This document shows positions 18,690 through 26,941 of a stretch of 64,000 nt of DNA, piece by piece. A program made the position numbers and the translations under genes. Under the pieces are notes generated by a model that worked only from the letters and a program-made list of their open reading frames with translations, was not told the DNA's origin and did not search any database. Origin of the DNA: an uncultured Eubacteriales bacterium (GTDB lineage Bacteria > Acidobacteriota > Aminicenantia > Aminicenantales > Aminicenantaceae); the NCBI GenBank assembly GCA_964456985.1, contig CAYWDH010000010.1:850-64849 (forward strand), in the 5' to 3' direction. The first letter of the stretch is position 1. Each line of letters begins with the position of its first letter.

Positions 18690-19433
18690 TCAATGGCCCT
18701 CCCAATGAAATATTGTTTTTTCGATTAATAAAAAAAGTTTATTTAATAAATAGCCAATTACTCCTGTAAGTATTATTATTGAATACATTTTAGGAATTTG
18801 AAACATCAAGTGAGAATCATATATTAATTTTCCTAGGCCAAATCTGGTCCCAATAAACATTTCTGTAACAACAACAAGAATTAAGGCTATAGAAATGCTT
18901 ATTCTTAAACCAGCAAAAATATGAGGAAACGATTCTGGAAAAATAATTTTAATGAATATTTGGAAATTACTAGCTTTCATAACTTTAGTAGATTTAATTC
19001 TCGCTTCGTTGCAATTTTTTACACCATATATTGTATAGATTATAATAATAAGTGAGCAGGAGAATATGACTACAGAAAGCTTCGCTTTATCACCTATTCC
19101 GAAGAAAAGCAAAAACATGGGAAAAAGTGCAGATGCAGGAATTGAACGGAAAAAGTCAATTATAAATTCAAAATATTCAAAAGATTTTTTAAAATAGCCT
19201 AGTATAAGGCCAAGTGGAGTCCCAATAGAGACAGCTAGTAAAAATCCCAATATGAGCCTATAACAAGTTGCAAAAAGATCTGACCATATTTCTCCCTTAA
19301 ATAATAAAAGGAAAAGTTTTTCTATTACATCTATTGGAGAAGGAAACAGAATTGGATTAACAATTTTTATTAAACTAAACATAAACCAAACAAAAATAAA
19401 AATAATCGGTCCAAGTATTATTCTTCTTTTCAT
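18690..19433 (-). CDS. ABC transporter permease (NitT/TauT/SsuC-type)
   Basis: It has six TM segments and an EAA-like loop (KASNFQIFIKIIFPESFPHIFAGLRIS). It overlaps the ATPase gene by 4 nt. Confidence 0.85.
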   Translation of the reverse strand: MKRRIILGPIIFIFVWFMFSLIKIVNPILFPSPIDVIEKLFLLLFKGEIWSDLFATCYRLILGFLLAVSIGTPLGLILGYFKKSFEYFEFIIDFFRSIPASALFPMFLLFFGIGDKAKLSVVIFSCSLIIIIYTIYGVKNCNEARIKSTKVMKASNFQIFIKIIFPESFPHIFAGLRISISIALILVVVTEMFIGTRFGLGKLIYDSHLMFQIPKMYSIIILTGVIGYLLNKLFLLIEKTIFHWEGH

Positions 19434-20206
19434 TTCAAAATGGCCTTCCTGAATATATCTACAGCTTCTTTTTTTAGGCGAGAAAAATCATTAGAAATCA
19501 TCATTTGTTGTTTTCTTGGGCGAGGAAGATCGATATTCATTATATTTGCTACTTTTGTTGGCTTTTTTGCTAAAAAGACCAGTTTGTCTGCTAAATAAAT
19601 AGACTCATCGATGTCATGCGAAACAAACAGTATAGTAGATTTGGTCTTATTCCAAATTTCTAAGATTTTATCTTCCATAAAAACACGTGTCTGAAAATCT
19701 AAAGAATTAAATGGTTCATCCATTAAAAGGATTTGTGGTTTATTAATAATTGCTCTTGCTATCGCTACAAATTGCTGTTGGCCAGTACTAAGTTCATATG
19801 GATAGAGATTATTTTCAATGTTAATTCCCAGTTTATGTTCAAGCTCAAGAACACTCTTATGTCTTTCCTTTTTCTTTATTCCTTCCAATTCTAAAGGAAA
19901 GGCAATATTATCAATATTTTTTCTCCAAGGCAAAAGGGTTTGTTGAAAATTTTGAAAGATATATGCTGTTTTAGATTCACTTGGGTTTTTTCCATTTATT
20001 AAAACTTTACCTCCATTATAAGGTAATAAACCGGATAATATGTTTAAAAAAGTGGTCTTCCCACTTCCATTTGGCCCAAAGAATGTTACAAACTCTCCCT
20101 TTTTTATTACCAAATTAAGATCTTCAATTACAGATAAATATGTAGATTTTTTTTTGTTTCGATGAAAAGATTTGTATAAATGTTTTACAATTACATAATC
20201 ATTCAT
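19430..20206 (-). CDS. ABC transporter ATP-binding protein (SsuB/TauB-type)
   Basis: It has Walker A GPNGSGKTT, signature LSTGQQQ and Walker B ILLMDEPF. Confidence 0.9.
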   Translation of the reverse strand: MNDYVIVKHLYKSFHRNKKKSTYLSVIEDLNLVIKKGEFVTFFGPNGSGKTTFLNILSGLLPYNGGKVLINGKNPSESKTAYIFQNFQQTLLPWRKNIDNIAFPLELEGIKKKERHKSVLELEHKLGINIENNLYPYELSTGQQQFVAIARAIINKPQILLMDEPFNSLDFQTRVFMEDKILEIWNKTKSTILFVSHDIDESIYLADKLVFLAKKPTKVANIMNIDLPRPRKQQMMISNDFSRLKKEAVDIFRKAILK

Positions 20207-20220
20207 TGTTTTTTCTTGAA

Positions 20221-21183
20221 TTATTGTTCATAATAAATCAATGAAGTATCTATTTCCTTATTTAAAACTCCCCATTCAAATAATAAATTGGCGAGTTTTT
20301 GGATAGAATTTCTGTCAATGTTTTCTAATTTCCAATATTTTAGTGGTTTGAGTTTATCTATAACTTCTACTTCTATATTTGTCCATTTTGCAAGTATCTT
20401 TTTTACCTCAGGAATATTTTTGGGATTATCTAAAAAGTCTAGTGCATTATACATTGCTTTTTTTATTTTTTTTGCATCTTCTGGATATTTTTTTATGAAT
20501 TCTGATGAAAAAGCACTTCCCGATCCAGGCAAAGGACTCATTACATATTTTGCTAATGGGGCTTTTTCTAATACTCTTGAAATACCCTTTACAATACTTA
20601 CTGTTGCAATTGGTTCTAATGCGAAAATAGCATCTACTTGTTTGGATTCAAGGGCTTGAATTTGCAATGAAGGTTTCAGTTGTATAATATCAATATCAGT
20701 TTCTGGATTCATAAAATTACTAAGAATAATTTTGGTATAGGTAAGAATAGTTGATCCAGGGTATATCCCTATCTTTTTTCCTTTGAGGTCTGATATATTT
20801 TCTATTTTAGAGTCTTTTTTTACTAAAATATAATCAGGAAAAAATTTTTCGTTTATTACATTTACTATATATATTTTAAATTGTCCGGGTTTTTGTTGCT
20901 CTATAGAAAAAACAACAGGGAAAGCACTAGTAGCAGTCCCATCAATTCTTCCACTAATAAGAGCTTCTGCCATTAGATTTGCAGAAGAAAACTCAACAGC
21001 ATCAACTTCAATTCCTTCTTTTTTAAAAAAACCTTTTTCGATTGCTACAAAGAAATGTTGATAAATTTCTGTCTTTTGATAACCAATTTTTATTTTTCTT
21101 GTTTGTTCAATACAACAAAGTTGCATTGAAATGATAATAATTATTAATAATGATATAATATTTTTTCTCAATGCTCTCTCCAA
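20221..21183 (-). CDS. ABC substrate-binding protein (NMT1/THI5/SsuA-like)
   Basis: It has an N-terminal anchor/signal and a periplasmic-binding-protein pattern (GKKIGIYPGST, VDAIFALEP). Confidence 0.8.
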   Translation of the reverse strand: MERALRKNIISLLIIIIISMQLCCIEQTRKIKIGYQKTEIYQHFFVAIEKGFFKKEGIEVDAVEFSSANLMAEALISGRIDGTATSAFPVVFSIEQQKPGQFKIYIVNVINEKFFPDYILVKKDSKIENISDLKGKKIGIYPGSTILTYTKIILSNFMNPETDIDIIQLKPSLQIQALESKQVDAIFALEPIATVSIVKGISRVLEKAPLAKYVMSPLPGSGSAFSSEFIKKYPEDAKKIKKAMYNALDFLDNPKNIPEVKKILAKWTNIEVEVIDKLKPLKYWKLENIDRNSIQKLANLLFEWGVLNKEIDTSLIYYEQ

Positions 21184-21479
21184 TTTTTTTATAACTAAAT
21201 CTTTATTTCGTATTCCATTTTATTTATTAATTACTGGTTTTTTTAAGTTTTCATCATCTGTGTCTAATTTTTTACTTCTAAATTGTTCTGTTTTTATAGT
21301 ATATATATATTTAATAAACAATTCCAGTCGATGGAAAGTCAAATAATTTAGATAAATTTCAAGTTAAGTTATGATCTTATACGTTTTAATTATTCATAGA
21401 TAATATATTGCTAATGTATCTAATAATTTTTTTTAATCTAGATAGTTAATATTTTATGATGTGATAATATATTTTTGTT

Positions 21480-21917
21480 TTATCCACCCAACATCTCCAG
21501 CAATTCCGAACAGCCCGTATAATTCAGAATCAATTCCTTATTATCCTCTATCAATTCCTTCTCCTGCCCCAGCACCTCCTCAATAAGCTCCAAAATATCT
21601 CCTTCGCCTTCCCAATTTTCCTCAATAATGGCTGGATCTTTGGTCCGTTTTTTTATCTCATTGGCAATAAAAGCGCAGAAGTAGATATCATCAATATAGC
21701 CGTAAGGGCCGTGGATCTCTTCAGAGATCACATCAGCAGGAATGATAAAATAGGCAATAGCACAGGATACCAATGGCTTTAACCGGTAAGGCATCCGGGA
21801 GTCATCCAAGAGATTGGTCATGAGTTTATACCATTCAGGTGTAAGGAAAATAAAGTCATCATGTCTTCCCTCATAGGCCTTAATATCGTTTTTTAATTTG
21901 TCATAAAAATTTTTCAT
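21480..21917 (-). CDS. DUF1232 (YkvA)-like protein
   Basis: AIAYFIIPADVISEEIHGPYGYIDDIYF resembles the DUF1232 core (Y.i.P.DliPD...G..DD). It begins 13 nt downstream of the helicase-nuclease stop. Confidence 0.5.
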   Translation of the reverse strand: MKNFYDKLKNDIKAYEGRHDDFIFLTPEWYKLMTNLLDDSRMPYRLKPLVSCAIAYFIIPADVISEEIHGPYGYIDDIYFCAFIANEIKKRTKDPAIIEENWEGEGDILELIEEVLGQEKELIEDNKELILNYTGCSELLEMLGG

Positions 21918-21930
21918 ATCACACCTTCAC

Positions 21931-24747
21931 TTATTTTTTAAAGTAGGGACATATTTCTTTAAACTCATCGCAAAAAGGACAAAATTCCTCTCTTGGCTCA
22001 AATTCCTGGTTTTTGATCTTTTGGATCCAGCCTGAAAGATTGGATTCCGCGGTTTTTCTTTTGCCATCATCCCAGTCTATAGTCTGCGGCTCATTATCCT
22101 CTAGAAAATAAAGAGAGCGGTCCGAGATGTTGAGGTTCAATCCTTTTTCAGCACCTAGTGCGTAGATATCCATCTGATGGTCGTACTGCTCTATACTTGA
22201 GGCTTTGGAACGAGTGGTTTTAAAGTCAACGATCTCTTTATAATCATTATTTCCATTTCTTATGAGATCGATCTTGCCTCTTACCACTGCTCCCTCTTGT
22301 TCAAAGGCAAAGGGCTCCTCTGCGGAAAAGAGATCGGAGCGGGATGGTTTTTGTTTTTCCATGTAGTTTTTTATCTGATCGACAGCTTGTCGTTTTTTTT
22401 GGATCTCTTTTTCTCCTTTTAACTTTTCAGGCATAAGCCAGGTTTTATCAACATAGTCTAGGATTTTATTGAGCTTTACTTCTTTCTCTTCGAGGATGTC
22501 CTTGTGTATGAGTTCCAACGCTCTATGCACAGAAGCTCCAAAATAAAAATAGCTTGATATGGGAGGCTTTAATCCGTCAATGACAAAATACTTATATCTT
22601 AGAGGACACTGCAGGTAGTAGGATATGTGGCTGTAGGTTATTCTAAGCCGGGGCTCTTCAGAAGCTTTATCCAGGTGTTCGATATGGATAGGGGAGTTGA
22701 GGATTTTCTGGCTTCTTTGAATAGCGCCTTTTGTGTTTTTGCCCAAAAGTTCGTTTACAAACCGGGAAGGGCCGCCTCCTCTTTTGTTGACCACGTCAGA
22801 TGATCCGATAATCAGGAGATCTCTGGCGCGGGATGCAGCCACATAGAAGAGTTTTCTCTCGTCCACAATGTGAGGGTCTTCGACTTCGGGTTTGCCGCTT
22901 GTTCTAAGTTCATAGGGGATCTCATACTTTTCCCTTCTTCTTCGGGTAGGGAACCGTCCCTCCATGGCAGCGCCTATGACCACGACCGGGAATTCAAGGC
23001 CTTTAGCCTGATGCACAGTCATGATCTGGAGGGCATCTTGAGTGGGTTCAGTGAATGAGTCAATGCCGCTCTGTTTGAGCAGCTTCATGTAGGAGATAAA
23101 AGGGTAGATTACATTTGTGCCTCTGTATTCATCAAATTCAGAGATGATTCTTGTGAATATACCGATGTTTTTTATAGCCTCTTTGTTTTTTTGTTTTTCC
23201 ATGCGGTTGAAATATCCTGAGATGCGCTGGAGGTCGTAGAATATTTCCAGGATGGATTGATTTTTTCTTTGTTGGACTTTTTTCTTAAGTTCAATAAGAG
23301 CTAATAATTTCTCTCTATCTTTTTTTCTTTTTATCCCTATGGATTTGATGTCTTTTTCGTTTTGAAGCGAGGTGATGTCTTCTTTAAACTTTTCTAGCTT
23401 TTTTTCGGTTTTTTTATCCAGGCCGAGGAGTTTACATCTTATGAATCTGTCACCCCAGGGCTTGGGGGCAGACAGGAATAGAAACAAATTATAGATGTCT
23501 GAGATCTCTTGTCTTTCAAAAAATCCTCCATCTCTGTGCACGATATAGGGAATTTTGTATTTTCCCAGAGATTCTTTGTAAGGATCTGCATAGGATCTTA
23601 CACTTCTTAAAAGAATAGCCACATCCTTGTAGTGTGTGATGGTTCCGTCCAGTTTCAGTTTCTTTAATATTTTGACAACCGAATCAGCTTCATCTTCTGC
23701 TGTTTTTTCGTGGACGTAAAGAATATCGTTTTTCCATTCTTTACGGATGCATCGGAGTGATTTGGCTGAGCGGCACTCGTTGCACACTATGAGGCGTGAG
23801 CTGTGGATAATAATAGGCTCAACGGAACGGAAATTATCCTCTAATTTCACAGTTTTGATCGGCTTGTATTTTTCAGGAAATTCCAGAATGTTTTTAACCG
23901 TGGCTCCTCTGAAGCGGTAAATGCTTTGGTCATCATCTCCCACCACAGCGATATTCATCTTAGGCTCTGCAATCAAGCTCAGTATCATATCCTGCACGGT
24001 ATTGGTGTCCTGGTATTCGTCGATCAATACATATGTGTAGCGGTTTTGTATTGTTTCAAGGACGTCTTTGTTTTCTTTAAGCATTTGAAGGGTATGCTTC
24101 TGGAGGCTGCTGAAATCCGTGGCATTGGTTTCCATGAGCAGATCCAGGTAGTTTTTGTAGGCATTGGCAATAAGGAGCTGTTCTTCCCAGAAGGCCTGGC
24201 TGTCTTCATCGGCGCTTTTTAGATTTTTTTCGCAGTAGGAGATGAATTCTTCGGGGTTGATAAGCTCTTCCGTAGCCAGATTAAAGGTGCGGAGAGCAGA
24301 GGCATAGAAATCGCTTTCTCTTCCTTTCATGACTTTACCGAAGCCGAGTTCTTTTCTTCGGGAATAGATAAAGAGAAGCTGGGCCGCTTCATCCAGCACC
24401 CAGAAGCCTTTTGGGAAGGGGCTTTTTGAGCGGAACTCATTGAGGAGGGAGTAGCAGAGGGAATGGATGGTTGAGACCTGCATAAGCTCTACATTTTCGT
24501 TTTTGAGCTTGGACTGGATCCTGTCTTTAAGCTCTAGGGCTGCTTTTTCCGTGAAAGTGGTCACCAGCAGATTTTGAGGGTTGGCTTTGCCTGAGGATAT
24601 AAGATAGGCAGTTCTCTGGCTTATCACTTCTGTTTTTCCGGAGCCTGGCCCGGCTATGATAAGGAGAGGTCCGTCATGATAATTAATGGCTTCTTCTTGG
24701 GCAGGAGTTAGCTGTTTTTTGGGTTGGGAGCTATTTTCAGTTGCCAT
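21931..24747 (-). CDS. UvrD/PcrA-family helicase fused to a C-terminal Cas4/AddB-like PD-(D/E)XK nuclease with a Cys cluster
   Basis: Helicase motifs are GPGSGKTEV, DEYQDTN, VGDDDQSIYRFRGA, TVHQAKGLEFPVV and YVAASRARD. Nuclease motifs are YYLQCPLRYKY, GKIDLI...EIVDFKT, QMDIYAL and CPFCDEFKEICP. Confidence 0.9.
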   Translation of the reverse strand: MATENSSQPKKQLTPAQEEAINYHDGPLLIIAGPGSGKTEVISQRTAYLISSGKANPQNLLVTTFTEKAALELKDRIQSKLKNENVELMQVSTIHSLCYSLLNEFRSKSPFPKGFWVLDEAAQLLFIYSRRKELGFGKVMKGRESDFYASALRTFNLATEELINPEEFISYCEKNLKSADEDSQAFWEEQLLIANAYKNYLDLLMETNATDFSSLQKHTLQMLKENKDVLETIQNRYTYVLIDEYQDTNTVQDMILSLIAEPKMNIAVVGDDDQSIYRFRGATVKNILEFPEKYKPIKTVKLEDNFRSVEPIIIHSSRLIVCNECRSAKSLRCIRKEWKNDILYVHEKTAEDEADSVVKILKKLKLDGTITHYKDVAILLRSVRSYADPYKESLGKYKIPYIVHRDGGFFERQEISDIYNLFLFLSAPKPWGDRFIRCKLLGLDKKTEKKLEKFKEDITSLQNEKDIKSIGIKRKKDREKLLALIELKKKVQQRKNQSILEIFYDLQRISGYFNRMEKQKNKEAIKNIGIFTRIISEFDEYRGTNVIYPFISYMKLLKQSGIDSFTEPTQDALQIMTVHQAKGLEFPVVVIGAAMEGRFPTRRRREKYEIPYELRTSGKPEVEDPHIVDERKLFYVAASRARDLLIIGSSDVVNKRGGGPSRFVNELLGKNTKGAIQRSQKILNSPIHIEHLDKASEEPRLRITYSHISYYLQCPLRYKYFVIDGLKPPISSYFYFGASVHRALELIHKDILEEKEVKLNKILDYVDKTWLMPEKLKGEKEIQKKRQAVDQIKNYMEKQKPSRSDLFSAEEPFAFEQEGAVVRGKIDLIRNGNNDYKEIVDFKTTRSKASSIEQYDHQMDIYALGAEKGLNLNISDRSLYFLEDNEPQTIDWDDGKRKTAESNLSGWIQKIKNQEFEPREEFCPFCDEFKEICPYFKK

Positions 24748-24767
24748 TTTTCCCTTATGCTCTTCTT

Positions 24768-25865
24768 TTATATCAGTGTATGAGGCCTTTCAAAGGCAAT
24801 CACAATGAGTTCGTCTCCTTTGCTGAACACTTCGAATACAGATGGCTTGGGATTGAGAAGCACTTTGTCCTGTGTTTTCACTCCGATGGGGATCACGGGG
24901 TTTTTTTTGTCTCTGTTGGAATAGATGTCAGCTCCTAGCTGGGAAAAGCTCTTTCCTATGTAATCTTTTGGCACTGGGATGAGGTATATCTCATTGGTCT
25001 CTTCTGAAATGGTCAGGAGGTTTCTGTAGACTTTACTGAGGCCGTGGACAAGGGAGGTCTGGGCAAGGAGGAGAGAGCTGAAATCGCCTGCGGAAATGAT
25101 CTCATCTGCGCCGGCGCGTTTTAGATGATCGATATTTTGAGGGGAGACTCCTTCTACGGCTGTATAGGTTTTGGGAAGGTTGAATTCGCTGCACAGACTT
25201 CTAATTCCCATACACACGAGAATGGATTTGGCATCTGCCAGGTCTCCCTGTTTGGGATCAGCTAAGACCACCACTGTATAGGCATTATGCACATTGGCTC
25301 TTTTTAAAATGATCTCATTTGTGGGGTCGCCTTTTATGATGTAGACATCTTCGAATTCAGGTACGTCTTCGTGTTCTGGAAAATCCACCTCATCTTCCTG
25401 ATCGGTTATGATCACAATTGGTCTTTTGTTCGTTACTATTTTGGCGTGGACTTCTTTTACCAAAGGCAGGCCTTTGGTATTCCAGTTGCAGATCACTATG
25501 TGATTTTTTAATTCATATTTTGGCATTTTTCTTTTACCTCCTATACGATGTTCCACCAGCATTGAGGCAATGGTGGCTGTGAAGATCCCTACAATACCAA
25601 GGCTCATGACCAGGATCATAGTCACGATGATCTTGCCTATTGTGGTCTGCGGAACACCGCTGTCTAAGCCGCTGAAGAGATACACAGCAATATTCCAGAG
25701 GGATTTGGGGAGTGAGTTGAATTCTGTATTTTGAGCGCCTTCAGTGAACCAGAGAATGGAGGCTCCGATAAGCCATATGAATATGATGATGGTAATCAGG
25801 CGGGCGATTTTGTAGTCTCTGAAGAGCTTTGTGAGCGGCCATGCAATGCGGTTTATATTTTTCAT
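24768..25865 (-). CDS. Two-TM ion channel with a cytoplasmic RCK/TrkA-N domain and a non-canonical pore
   Basis: Two TM helices flank a pore-loop region, LWNIAVYLFSGLDSGVPQTTIGK, which lacks a TVGYG filter. An RCK-like Rossmann domain follows (HIVICNWNTKG...). Its stop lies 20 nt upstream of the helicase start. Confidence 0.8.
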   Translation of the reverse strand: MKNINRIAWPLTKLFRDYKIARLITIIIFIWLIGASILWFTEGAQNTEFNSLPKSLWNIAVYLFSGLDSGVPQTTIGKIIVTMILVMSLGIVGIFTATIASMLVEHRIGGKRKMPKYELKNHIVICNWNTKGLPLVKEVHAKIVTNKRPIVIITDQEDEVDFPEHEDVPEFEDVYIIKGDPTNEIILKRANVHNAYTVVVLADPKQGDLADAKSILVCMGIRSLCSEFNLPKTYTAVEGVSPQNIDHLKRAGADEIISAGDFSSLLLAQTSLVHGLSKVYRNLLTISEETNEIYLIPVPKDYIGKSFSQLGADIYSNRDKKNPVIPIGVKTQDKVLLNPKPSVFEVFSKGDELIVIAFERPHTLI

Positions 25866-26011
25866 GGATGTGTTTTTATGTTATCTATCTAATTTTTTGC
25901 TTAGCTGACAATTAGAGATAAACATATCACAACAGGAATCATTTGGTCAATGGGAGCTTCTTTTAGGTGGGCTTGATGAACAGGAAAATGGTTTGTTTTT
26001 TAAACAACCAT

Positions 26012-26440
26012 TTAATACATGACGATTTTGGCCACTTCTTTTGGGTACTTATTCAGTTTCTTGCGATAATCCTCTAAATTCTTGAGATCATATTGAAGCC
26101 TTTTTTTTGCTTTTTTCAACATGAAATTATATAAATCTCGCTTTGCATTTATTCTAGCCCTAGCCCTTTTTTTTGCTTTATCTTCTCTTTTAGTGGAAAC
26201 TAGAGTGGCGGCAAGTTTAATCTTGAGTTCCTCTGTTAAATCAAGAATTTCTAGTCTAATTTGAAATTCTCGTATTGTCTTTCTAGAAAACTCAACCTCT
26301 CTTCCTAATCTCTCTAGTTGAACTTCTGAAGTTCTTTTAAAAAATTTATCTGCTAACTGGCATGATATAAGAGACATTGTTATAAAAAATAGTAATAAGA
26401 TTCTAGATGATTTGGTGAAGAAAATTATTTTGTTAAACAT
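26012..26440 (-). CDS. Coiled-coil lipoprotein, hypothetical
   Basis: It has the lipobox LISC followed by a charged helical sequence. Confidence 0.5.
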   Translation of the reverse strand: MFNKIIFFTKSSRILLLFFITMSLISCQLADKFFKRTSEVQLERLGREVEFSRKTIREFQIRLEILDLTEELKIKLAATLVSTKREDKAKKRARARINAKRDLYNFMLKKAKKRLQYDLKNLEDYRKKLNKYPKEVAKIVMY

Positions 26441-26941
26441 ATTAACCTCCTTTTGCTATGAAGAATATGTCTAATTATCAACCCTTATATTTATATAAAC
26501 CCCAATATTAAATAAGCAGTAAGATTAATATTGACGTCGTGCAAATCAATCTTTTTAAAACATGGGAAACATGATGATGAGAGACAAATCCTGCGGGAGT
26601 AAAAGACATGACAAACTGCACGTAAGGTCAATTTAGAATTAAGAAAGTGCATAAATGAATTATATGGGGATCAATCAACATTAGCAACTCTCGCACATCA
26701 CTTTTATTGATGAGAGGGAAAAAACTCAGTTCAGAAAAGATGGCTAGCTAGCGTTCAGGTCTGGAGAAGTTGCTTGATCATAACAAAAACTTAGATGTCA
26801 ATTTTCTAAATAATTATTGTATTGGTATTAAGTGATATATATTTGAAATATCTACTTAAATTAAAAAATTCTTTATTGAATCAATTTGATTGAATATAAT
26901 CAGATTGTTACAAAAAGGGAAATTGTTCGGAGGCAATAACC

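Noticed and set aside
24768-25865. The channel might be annotated as a potassium channel.
   Set aside because: The pore-loop region lacks the T-V-G-Y-G selectivity signature, so only a generic ion-channel call is justified.
26441-26941. The long non-coding gaps at 26441-26941, 15165-15491, 21184-21479 and 29993-30319 were screened for tRNA, small RNA or CRISPR-like structure.
   Set aside because: I saw no cloverleaf-compatible stems, no conserved RNA motifs and no internal repeats by eye. A covariance-model scan would be needed to exclude small RNAs.
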